Shown here in pieces: positions 1 through 7,162 of a stretch of DNA of 64,000 nt. The notes beneath the pieces were generated by a model. It had not been told where the DNA came from and did not search any database. It saw only the letters and a program-made list of their open reading frames with translations. The number at the start of each line of letters is the position of its first letter. Position 1 is the first letter of the stretch. The stretch is from an uncultured Rickettsiales bacterium (lineage in GTDB: Bacteria > Pseudomonadota > Alphaproteobacteria > Rickettsiales > UBA8987). The stretch lies in NCBI GenBank assembly GCA_964445765.1, contig CAYULD010000003.1, positions 147,480 through 211,479 on the forward strand. The letters run 5' to 3'. A program made the position numbers and the translations under genes.

Positions 1-1
1 A

Positions 2-169
2 GGGGCGGGGGCTTTGCAGAGATCAACTCTAAGGCAAAAAATCAATCGTGGCGAGTTTTTGGTGGCTTCAGATGAATTTTTACGCTGGATATATTGTAAT
101 GGAAAAATTTTAAGAGGGCTTAAAAGACGCAGAAAAGCTGAAAGAGATTTATTTTTGCAGGCAATCTAA
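2..169 (+). CDS. C-terminal end of a phage-type (GH24-like) lysozyme; the 5' part lies outside the window
   Basis: Frame 2 is open from the window edge to TAA at 167-169. It reads ...AGALQRSTLRQKINRGEFLVASDEFLRWIYCNGKILRGLKRRRKAERDLFLQAI. The GL-x-RRR-x-AE-x-LF tail is typical of the C-terminus of T4/P22-like endolysins. It is too short for the ORF track. Confidence 0.5.
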   Translation, partial: GAGALQRSTLRQKINRGEFLVASDEFLRWIYCNGKILRGLKRRRKAERDLFLQAI

Positions 170-526
170 ATTTTTTAGTAAATTTTGAAAATATTTATAT
201 CTAACCCCTGCAAAATTGCAAACCTGTTGCAATTCTTGTCGCTCTTCATCACTGCCTTTAAGCCATTTTATAGCCTTTTTCTTGTAAGACTTCCTTTTTT
301 TAGATTTTGTAGATATAATAAAGGCATCTTCAAGAGCTTGAATTAAAACCGCTTGCCAAAGGGCGGTTTCAGGTTTTGAGATTTTTTTGAGGTAATATTT
401 GCTATTAATTATTAATTTTAGCGGGTTTTTACAACTATAAATTGCGTTATTATTTTCATCTACAATGTCAGAAAATTCTCTGGTATTTTTATTTGTATTA
501 TTTTTATCGCACATAAAAGCCCCCAA
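149..526 (-). CDS. Hypothetical small basic protein, divergent from the HTH gene
   Basis: 125 aa ORF. A likelier start is the ATG at 514 (MCDKNN), preceded by GGGGG-N5. No recognisable family. It overlaps the lysozyme 3' end convergently. Confidence 0.45.
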   Translation of the reverse strand: MGAFMCDKNNTNKNTREFSDIVDENNNAIYSCKNPLKLIINSKYYLKKISKPETALWQAVLIQALEDAFIISTKSKKRKSYKKKAIKWLKGSDEERQELQQVCNFAGVRYKYFQNLLKNLDCLQK

Positions 527-555
527 TTATGTTTTTTGTAGTAATTGATAAAAAT

Positions 556-573
556 ATCTGCATTTTTGCAGAT
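556..573. promoter_or_regulatory. Operator-like perfect palindrome ATCTGCA-TTTT-TGCAGAT (site 1 of locus 1)
   Basis: Perfect 7 bp arms with a 4 nt spacer. An identical 18-mer recurs at 623-640, 22280-22297 and 22347-22364. Confidence 0.6.
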
Positions 574-622
574 TTAGCTCGTGGTAAGGTTGAATATCCT
601 TAATTACAGCTATGTGTAAAAT

Positions 623-640
623 ATCTGCATTTTTGCAGAT
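623..640. promoter_or_regulatory. Operator-like perfect palindrome ATCTGCA-TTTT-TGCAGAT (site 2 of locus 1)
   Basis: Identical 18-mer, 67 bp start-to-start from site 1 and 37 bp upstream of the HTH gene ATG. The extended shared block is aaaatATCTGCATTTTTGCAGAT. Confidence 0.6.
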
Positions 641-676
641 AGTCAAGCCCTATTCAACTAATAGTTTATATTTTTT

Positions 677-1138
677 ATGAGCTTAAGAAGAAAACATCTG
701 AAATTTATTGAAGATATAAAACTTCAAACAGATTTGTCTTATACCGCAATTGCTCGTAAGGCGGGCTTGTCTGATACAACTTTAACGCGTTTTCTAAATC
801 ACGCTGAATATAAAAGGCTTTCTATCGCAACGCTTGATAAAATTGCCAAAACTGCAAATTATAATTCTTATGAAGATTATCTGCTAAAAAACCAAGTTGA
901 GCTTGATAAAGAAGCTAAAACCATACAATTTAGTGAGGCTGAAATTTATGAAATATATGGTTTAACAAAATCATTAGTTAAAAAAATGGGACTTAATTTA
1001 AGCCCTAAAGCACTTACAATTATTGTTGAAAAAGTTAGTAAAACCGCCCAGAAGCTCAATACAAAATTTGTTACTGAAAGCCTAATCACATATGTTCTAG
1101 AGCAAACCACCAATAACGCCAAAAAGCCAAAAAACTGA
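677..1138 (+). CDS. Xre/phage-repressor-like helix-turn-helix DNA-binding protein
   Basis: The N-terminal segment LSYTAIARKAGLSDTTLTRFLNH looks like a classic HTH. The gene is divergent from a small ORF, with two palindromes between them. Confidence 0.6.
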   Translation: MSLRRKHLKFIEDIKLQTDLSYTAIARKAGLSDTTLTRFLNHAEYKRLSIATLDKIAKTANYNSYEDYLLKNQVELDKEAKTIQFSEAEIYEIYGLTKSLVKKMGLNLSPKALTIIVEKVSKTAQKLNTKFVTESLITYVLEQTTNNAKKPKN

Positions 1139-1164
1139 AAATTTATCTTAAGGCGATACATTGT

Positions 1165-1500
1165 AAATGCTAACCAGTTGGTTTTACACTTTAGTTCTCC
1201 CCCTGCTTGCGGGGGGAGTTAGAGGGGGGTGATAAGTTAGGGGCTAGGCTCTAGGTGTTAGGGATTAGTTAGGGCTTGGTTTGACATACCCCGAATTTTT
1301 TCAGCAAGAAAAAATTATAGGGGTATCCATTTATAAAAAGTTTAGTAAAACTTTTTAATAAAATTCGCGTCATTTCGAGCGAAGCGAGAAATTTGGTTGA
1401 AATATATTCCTCCTAGATCTTTCGCTTCGCTCAAGATGACTTTATTTAGATTACCAGTTGATTTTAAGCTTTAGTTCTCCCCCTGCTTGCGGGGGAGGAA
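1165..1500. repeat. Nested cluster of palindromic repeat elements (family A ends, an internal AT hairpin and a family B hairpin)
   Basis: ccagttgNttttaNNctttagttctccccctgcttgcgggg(g)gag occurs at 1174-1218 and again at 1454-1497. Its reverse complement is at about 59674-59722. The tail ttagaggggggtgataagttaggggctaggctctaggtg is shared with 2881-2952 and 32070-32150 (rc). Hairpin ataccccgaatttttt...aaaaaattataggggtat lies at about 1287-1327. Confidence 0.8.
1369..1440. repeat. Family B hairpin element (gtcat...gagcgaagcgag / ctttcgcttcgctcaagatgac)
   Basis: Long imperfect inverted repeat bounded by gtcat and gatgac. Related copies are at 2993-3054, 35815-35881 and 37987-38052. Confidence 0.8.
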
Positions 1501-1623
1501 TAATGCTTTTATAACTACTTCAATAGTTTATTAACTATAATATATTGCCTTAAATTTATCTAAAATCTTAACAATTCCTTAACCTTATTATGCTAGAATG
1601 AAAAATAGCATTTAATAAAAAAT

Positions 1624-2841
1624 ATGGTTACAGGGCTAAAAACATCAGTTACGGTTGAGAATGAAATCCGCGATTTGCGGGCGGAGCTTAGCTATTATCT
1701 AAATTTACAGAATATTTCTAATAATTCTAATATTTCCGCTAAAATTCAGGAAATTTTGCAAAAATTAGCTTCCGCTCAACAAGAATATTCAGAAGAAAAG
1801 GAAGAAGATAGATATATTGAAGAAAAATATGATTTAGCAGAGGCTAGAAACGCACAAATAGAGCTAAATTTTTCTAAATCTATTAGTGAGCTATTAAAAA
1901 ATTATCAAAGCCGCCTTAAAACAGAAATTTTTGATAAAGAATTTAATGAAAAAGTTTTCAACCCTGCAAATGGTGATGTTAATCAGCAAGCCGAAACATA
2001 TATTGAAGAGCGAGCTTGCAAAGCTGAAGAATGTTTAGCGGATTTTAGGGCTGATAAAACCCACGAATTTGTTAGTTTTTTAACTGAGATTGAAAAACAA
2101 GTTGGCAAAGAAAAAGCATTAGAGCTTATACAGAATGCTTTTCAGGGGGCACTTGAATGTCAAATGGCTGATTTTAGCACATTTAAGGAGCATATTAATA
2201 ACGGTAATTTGTCGCAAGAAGAAATATATCAAAAATTTGCTGAGGTAACTTTGCAGTTTGATGCAAATGTTTTAAGTGATCTTAAGCAAGAGCTTGAATA
2301 TCAAGCCGCAAAAACCTCAAAAGAGCAGGCTTTGGCCAGTTTATCTGATGATAAAACTATTTGTTTTGTTAGTGAATGTGGGGTTAGTTATTGTGTTGAT
2401 GGAAGCCAAATTTCTCTAAACGCAGCACAGGCTAAAAATTTCATAGAATTTTGTGCGGATAGGGCAATTGATGATAATTTTAGCCAAAATTCTCAAGATG
2501 AATGCAGGCAAGAAAGGTTAGATTTTCTTGAAAATTTAGTTTCAGACCCTGATGCTTTTTTAGAAGCCATAAAACCGCAAATAGCAACAATGAAAAATGT
2601 TAAAGGTAAAAGCGAATCTGAGGCATTAAATTTATACCTTGAAGCCATTGATCCGAAGATTAAAGAAAAGGCTCGCAAGACGCTTCCATCGGCGGATGGT
2701 AAAACAAATGTTATTATACCAAATGGTGTTGAAGAATGTGTTGAATTTGAACTCTCACCACCTCAGTATAATAATGTTGAGTATAATATCCCGACTAGGA
2801 GAGCTACGATTCCAGATCCCTCTCTATCAGGTAGAGGTTAG
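1624..2841 (+). CDS. Hypothetical protein, Glu/Gln/Asn-rich with probable coiled-coil segments
   Basis: 405 aa ORF with no recognisable family. The stop codon (ggt TAG gtc tag) lies inside the start of the next family A-like repeat. Confidence 0.55.
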   Translation: MVTGLKTSVTVENEIRDLRAELSYYLNLQNISNNSNISAKIQEILQKLASAQQEYSEEKEEDRYIEEKYDLAEARNAQIELNFSKSISELLKNYQSRLKTEIFDKEFNEKVFNPANGDVNQQAETYIEERACKAEECLADFRADKTHEFVSFLTEIEKQVGKEKALELIQNAFQGALECQMADFSTFKEHINNGNLSQEEIYQKFAEVTLQFDANVLSDLKQELEYQAAKTSKEQALASLSDDKTICFVSECGVSYCVDGSQISLNAAQAKNFIEFCADRAIDDNFSQNSQDECRQERLDFLENLVSDPDAFLEAIKPQIATMKNVKGKSESEALNLYLEAIDPKIKEKARKTLPSADGKTNVIIPNGVEECVEFELSPPQYNNVEYNIPTRRATIPDPSLSGRG

Positions 2842-2865
2842 GTCTAGTCCTTAGAAGTGGTTATT

Positions 2866-2990
2866 GTCATACCCTCCATTTCTCCCCCTGTTTACGGGGG
2901 GAGATAAAGAGGGGGGCAAGTTAGGGGCTAGGTTCTAGGTGCTAGGGCTTAGTGAAGAGTGCAAGTGGTTAGTACAAGTTATTAGTTATA
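2866..2990. repeat. Family A palindromic repeat element
   Basis: tctccccctgtttacggggggagataaagaggggggcaagttaggggctaggttctaggtgctagggcttag...gcaagtgg aligns with 1197-1279 and with the reverse complement of 32070-32180. Confidence 0.8.
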
Positions 2991-2992
2991 GT

Positions 2993-3054
2993 GTCATTCC
3001 CGTGAAAGTGGGAATCTAAGATAGGGTTTGGATCTCCGCTTTCGCGGAGATGAC
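2993..3054. repeat. Family B-like double hairpin element
   Basis: gtcattcccgtgaaagtgggaat...gatctccgctttcgcggagatgac, bounded by gtcat/gatgac like the other B copies. Confidence 0.7.
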
Positions 3055-3120
3055 GAGTATAACAATAAAATTTTACAAACACCCCTTCCGTTAGAGAAAT
3101 ATAAATGTTATAATATATTT

Positions 3121-4215
3121 ATGAAAATAGATTACAAAAAATTCTTAACCCAAACTCAGCCCCAGCAACAACTGCAAGAGGCAGCCACCACACCCGCTGA
3201 GAATTCAAATTCTAATGATGTAAGAAATGTAAATATATTGAACCTTGCTAGTCAAATTAATAATCTAAATGCGGTATTAAATAATTTTATATCTGATGAA
3301 TCCAATTCCTTTCGCGGAAGAATGGGAAAAATATTTCAAAAAGATAAAACCGCAGAAAAGATTGCCAATGGCAGAGAAAGTATAGATATGTTTTCTCAAA
3401 TGATATTAAAAGATTTAACTGGCAGTTTATCAGCCTTGTATGAGAATGGTAAAATTCCAACGCAAGAAGAAATTAATAATGCCCTTGCAGAAAAAGTGGG
3501 TTACTTAAATTCTGCAAATGGGTTTAGAAATTATTTGGTTGAGTTAGCAAATAGCCCACATTTGTCAGATGAAGAAAAAGCCAGAATTAAGAAAGATGTT
3601 TTTGAAGATAAAGATATAAAATTTTCTAATGTAAAACCAGAAATAGCTGAAACCCTTGAAAATATTTATAATAAGAAAAAAGGAGAAATTACAGCAATTA
3701 CAAATAATTTTTTTACTGGGTTTGTTTATAATTATAATGAGAATTTAGAGGATGCTAAAAGGGCTGCCGAAGAAAAACTTCAGGCTTCAGTTGGTAGGGT
3801 TAATCAATCTAAGGCAAATGAAGAATCTCAAGGCGGTTTTCTAGATGTTATTTTTGCAATTATTTCCCAATTTGTTGGTGAGGATTTTGCAAATTCTATT
3901 GCTGAGTTATTTCCTAAAAAGGAAGCTAAACAAACGCCTCAAACCCCAACTAATCCAGAGCAAACTGGGGCTTCGCCTGCTACAACTACACCTCAGACAG
4001 GACAAACAGAGCCACAACAACCAGTTGTTCAAGCCACAGATAACACTCCTCCAATTAAAGCGAAGGAGCTAAATCTGAGTTCTTCTCAAGTAAATCCGCT
4101 TGCATTTTCTGCTGATATATTATCCGGCTTAACAGGCGTTACTTCTGCCCCGGCTGATTACTCTAACCTTGCTTATGGCAGCGTTGCAAAAGGAAGTAAT
4201 GGCCGCCCAGTATGA
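3121..4215 (+). CDS. Hypothetical protein with a Pro/Thr/Gln-rich C-terminal linker
   Basis: The ORF track begins at a TTG at 3028 inside the repeat. The first ATG (MKIDYKKF) at 3121 is preferred. There is low complexity at QTPQTPTNPEQTGASPATTTPQTGQTEPQQP. No recognisable family. Confidence 0.55.
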   Translation: MKIDYKKFLTQTQPQQQLQEAATTPAENSNSNDVRNVNILNLASQINNLNAVLNNFISDESNSFRGRMGKIFQKDKTAEKIANGRESIDMFSQMILKDLTGSLSALYENGKIPTQEEINNALAEKVGYLNSANGFRNYLVELANSPHLSDEEKARIKKDVFEDKDIKFSNVKPEIAETLENIYNKKKGEITAITNNFFTGFVYNYNENLEDAKRAAEEKLQASVGRVNQSKANEESQGGFLDVIFAIISQFVGEDFANSIAELFPKKEAKQTPQTPTNPEQTGASPATTTPQTGQTEPQQPVVQATDNTPPIKAKELNLSSSQVNPLAFSADILSGLTGVTSAPADYSNLAYGSVAKGSNGRPV

Positions 4216-4234
4216 TATTAGCTATAGCTATAGC

Positions 4235-5038
4235 TTAGAAACCTAAAACATCAAGCATTGTGTATAAGCCAGAAGGCTTATCTTTTGCCCAAAGGCAAGC
4301 CCTTAAAGCCCCTTTACTAAAAATATTTCTACCTGATGCTTTGTGAGAAATTTCAACCCTTTCACCTTCGGTTGCAAAAATTACCGTGTGATCACCCACA
4401 ACATCACCACCACGCAAAGTTGCAAAGCCAATCTCACCTTTTTTGCGAGCACCAATATTACCATCACGAGATTTGCACCAAACATCTTCTAGATTAACAT
4501 TTCTGCCCTTTGCAACTGCCTTGCCAAGCCCTAATGCTGTGCCAGAAGGGGAATCAACTTTTTTATTGTGATGCATTTCTAAAATTTCAATATCATAAGA
4601 ATCATCAAGAATTTTTGCAGCTTTTTCAACCAATGCGAAAAGCATATTAACCCCAACGCTCATATTTGGGGCGTAAATTATACGAGCAGAATTTGAGAGT
4701 TTTTTAAGCATTTCTTCACTTTCCTTATCCATTCCTGTAGTTCCAATTACATGGATTAGATTTTTTTCGGCACATTTTTTTGCTATAGAAATTGTTGAGT
4801 TAGGTGAGGTAAAATCAATTACAGCATCAATTTCAGAGATGAATTCATCAAGGTTATCAGTGATTTCTAAAAAATTTGCACTTGAGCCAAAGCCTGCAAT
4901 TTCATAGGCGTTTTTACCAATTAAGGGTGAGTTTTTAACCTCAAGAGCCGCAGAAAATATCGCTTTTTGTGATTCCACAATTTCAGCAATGTTCATTCTG
5001 CCCATTCTGCCACCTGCACCTGCAATTCCAATTTTCAT
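4235..5038 (-). CDS. dapB: 4-hydroxy-tetrahydrodipicolinate reductase
   Basis: N-terminal GAGGRMG nucleotide-binding motif and the E-x-HH-x-x-K-x-D-x-PSGTA signature (EMHHNKKVDSPSGTA). Confidence 0.95.
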   Translation of the reverse strand: MKIGIAGAGGRMGRMNIAEIVESQKAIFSAALEVKNSPLIGKNAYEIAGFGSSANFLEITDNLDEFISEIDAVIDFTSPNSTISIAKKCAEKNLIHVIGTTGMDKESEEMLKKLSNSARIIYAPNMSVGVNMLFALVEKAAKILDDSYDIEILEMHHNKKVDSPSGTALGLGKAVAKGRNVNLEDVWCKSRDGNIGARKKGEIGFATLRGGDVVGDHTVIFATEGERVEISHKASGRNIFSKGALRACLWAKDKPSGLYTMLDVLGF

Positions 5039-5167
5039 AAAGCAATTTTGTTATATTTTTGAAGCCACAATATTAAAATATTTTTATTTTAATTACCACT
5101 AAGAAATCATTTTATATAATAATTGGTAAAAGAATATTGTATAAATAATCAAAAAAAAATTTAGGCA

Positions 5168-6364
5168 TTGTTAGAAACTGGAAAATTAGTTTTAGAAATT
5201 ATTGAATCTTCTGGCGGAGAAGCAAGGTTTGTAGGCGGTTGCGTAAGAGATTTTATTAATAATCTTGAAACTAAAGATGTTGATATCGCAACAAATTTAC
5301 AGCCTGAAATTATTACAAAAATATTTGAATCACGCGGTTTTACAGTTATTCCAACTGGCATAAGATTTGGCACTGTAACATTACTCTTTAATAATTTTGG
5401 TTATGAAATTACCACACTAAGAAAAGATGTAAAATGCTTTGGTAGGCACGCAGAGATTGAGTTTTCTAGCTCTTTTGAAGATGATTCAAAACGCAGAGAT
5501 TTTACTTTCAATGCCCTTTATATGGATAGAAAAGGCAAAATTTATGATTTTCATAATGGCAAGGAAGATTTAGAAAAAGGCATAGTTCGCTTTATTGGCA
5601 AGCCAGAAGATAGGATAAAAGAGGATTATCTTAGAATTTTAAGATTATTTAGATTTCAAGCAAGATTTGGCAAAGTTGATATTTTGGATAATCAAATTAA
5701 GGCTTGCTTGGAAAATGCTGATGGGCTTAAAAATATTTCTGGCGAAAGAATTCATCAGGAAATCCAAAAAATTTTGGAAAATAGAAATTCTCTAAATGCC
5801 TTAAAGCAAATGCAAAAAGCTAATGTTTTACAACAAATTACTGGCTTAAATAATAATTTTTTTGATTTTGAAAGTTTAGAAAAATATTACTTAATTTCTA
5901 ATGAAATTGATTGGATTGCAAGTTTGGTAGCCCTGCTTAAAATTGAAGAAGTTGTTAAAAACTTAATCAAAATAAAGAGAATTGTAACTAATTTTAAGTT
6001 ATCTAACGCAGAAAAAGGTTTTTTTTATAGAATTTGGGATTCCTTAAAAATTGATTTCAATAAAGACTTTGAAGTAAAAAGATTGCTTAGAAGCTCAGTA
6101 AAAAAAGAATTTCAGCAATTTGCAAATATTGCTTATGCAAAAAATTTTATTGATAGCAAAAAGTTAAAAGATATTTTGGATTTATCAGAAAATTTTTCTC
6201 CGCCAATATTTCCCCTTAATGGCCTTGATTTAATGAATGAGCTTAAAATGAAGCCTAGTAAAGAGCTTGGGGAATTACTTAGAAAATTTGAAGAACTTTG
6301 GGAGCAAGAAAATTATCAACTCACCAAGGAAGATATGCTTAATATGATAAGGCAAGTAAGTTAA
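5168..6364 (+). CDS. cca: CCA-adding tRNA nucleotidyltransferase / poly(A) polymerase family
   Basis: GGCVRD...DVDIAT nucleotidyltransferase motifs and an RRDFT motif. Confidence 0.85.
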   Translation: MLETGKLVLEIIESSGGEARFVGGCVRDFINNLETKDVDIATNLQPEIITKIFESRGFTVIPTGIRFGTVTLLFNNFGYEITTLRKDVKCFGRHAEIEFSSSFEDDSKRRDFTFNALYMDRKGKIYDFHNGKEDLEKGIVRFIGKPEDRIKEDYLRILRLFRFQARFGKVDILDNQIKACLENADGLKNISGERIHQEIQKILENRNSLNALKQMQKANVLQQITGLNNNFFDFESLEKYYLISNEIDWIASLVALLKIEEVVKNLIKIKRIVTNFKLSNAEKGFFYRIWDSLKIDFNKDFEVKRLLRSSVKKEFQQFANIAYAKNFIDSKKLKDILDLSENFSPPIFPLNGLDLMNELKMKPSKELGELLRKFEELWEQENYQLTKEDMLNMIRQVS

Positions 6365-6366
6365 AA

Positions 6367-7107
6367 TCAAAAAGTTTTTAAGTTATACCATAATAAGCAT
6401 TCAGGTTTTGAACCTGAAACATAGTTAGCATCATCACCGGTGCCAGAAGAGTTAGTGCAATCTGAATCTTGTTGGGAAGTTATAATTTTGCCACTATAAG
6501 CTAATCCATCATCAATTTTTTCATCAATAAATTTTGCTTGCTCACCTGTTAAAAGGCCATCCCCTGTTATTGAGCAGTTAAGAGCTATAGATGAAATTCT
6601 CATTATTGAATTTCTGGTATCATTATTAGATGTAGTTCTTGCCTCAACTTGAGAATTAGGGTTTTCAAAGCTAAATGATAACCCATTTATAGAAATTTTG
6701 GGGTATCTAGTGCCAATTTCACAATCAGTATGAGAATCAGCATTAATAGCGGAAAATGTAGTATCTAAAATTTTTGATAATTGAAAATGTTTCCAAGCTT
6801 TATAGGTTTCAACTTGGCTATTATATGTAATATTTCCATCGCCATTACATCTTGCAGAAGTATCAGCGCAAGCCGTTCCCCAAATAGTAAAGGCATTATC
6901 CATATCTCCCGGTAATTGCTTATATTGTTCTTGAAAGCGTGTATGCAAGGCAGCATATTGGCTGATTTCTTTTGATAAAGTTTGTAGTTTTGAAACCTCA
7001 ATTAAATATTGCCCACCAATTATTCCAGAGATAATTAATGCAACAATCACCAATACAATAACAAGCTCAATTATAGTAAATGCTTTATTATTTTTATTTT
7101 TTTTCAT
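6367..7107 (-). CDS. Prepilin-type N-terminal cleavage/methylation domain protein (pilin or pseudopilin-like)
   Basis: N-terminus MKKNKNNKA-FTIIELVIVLVIVALI is a class III signal (FT-x-x-E-L plus a hydrophobic helix). The C-terminal domain is Cys-containing. Confidence 0.75.
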   Translation of the reverse strand: MKKNKNNKAFTIIELVIVLVIVALIISGIIGGQYLIEVSKLQTLSKEISQYAALHTRFQEQYKQLPGDMDNAFTIWGTACADTSARCNGDGNITYNSQVETYKAWKHFQLSKILDTTFSAINADSHTDCEIGTRYPKISINGLSFSFENPNSQVEARTTSNNDTRNSIMRISSIALNCSITGDGLLTGEQAKFIDEKIDDGLAYSGKIITSQQDSDCTNSSGTGDDANYVSGSKPECLLWYNLKTF

Positions 7108-7162
7108 AATTATTGTAGGTTTTATTCATTAGACATTTTACTACATATTTCCTAAAAATCAT

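Noticed and set aside
1165-3055. Possible CRISPR array, because of the repeated palindromic units
   Set aside because: The repeats are heterogeneous, irregularly spaced and in mixed orientations, and are dispersed over the whole window. There are no cas genes.
3028-3120. TTG-initiated N-terminal extension MDLRFRGDDEY... of the 395 aa ORF
   Set aside because: These codons are a translation of the family B-like hairpin repeat (gatctccgctttcgcggagatgac). The first ATG at 3121 is a more plausible start.
4216-4234. Short tandem agctatagctatagct between the orphan gene and dapB
   Set aside because: It is only about two and a half copies of a 6-mer in a 19 bp convergent gap, too small to interpret.
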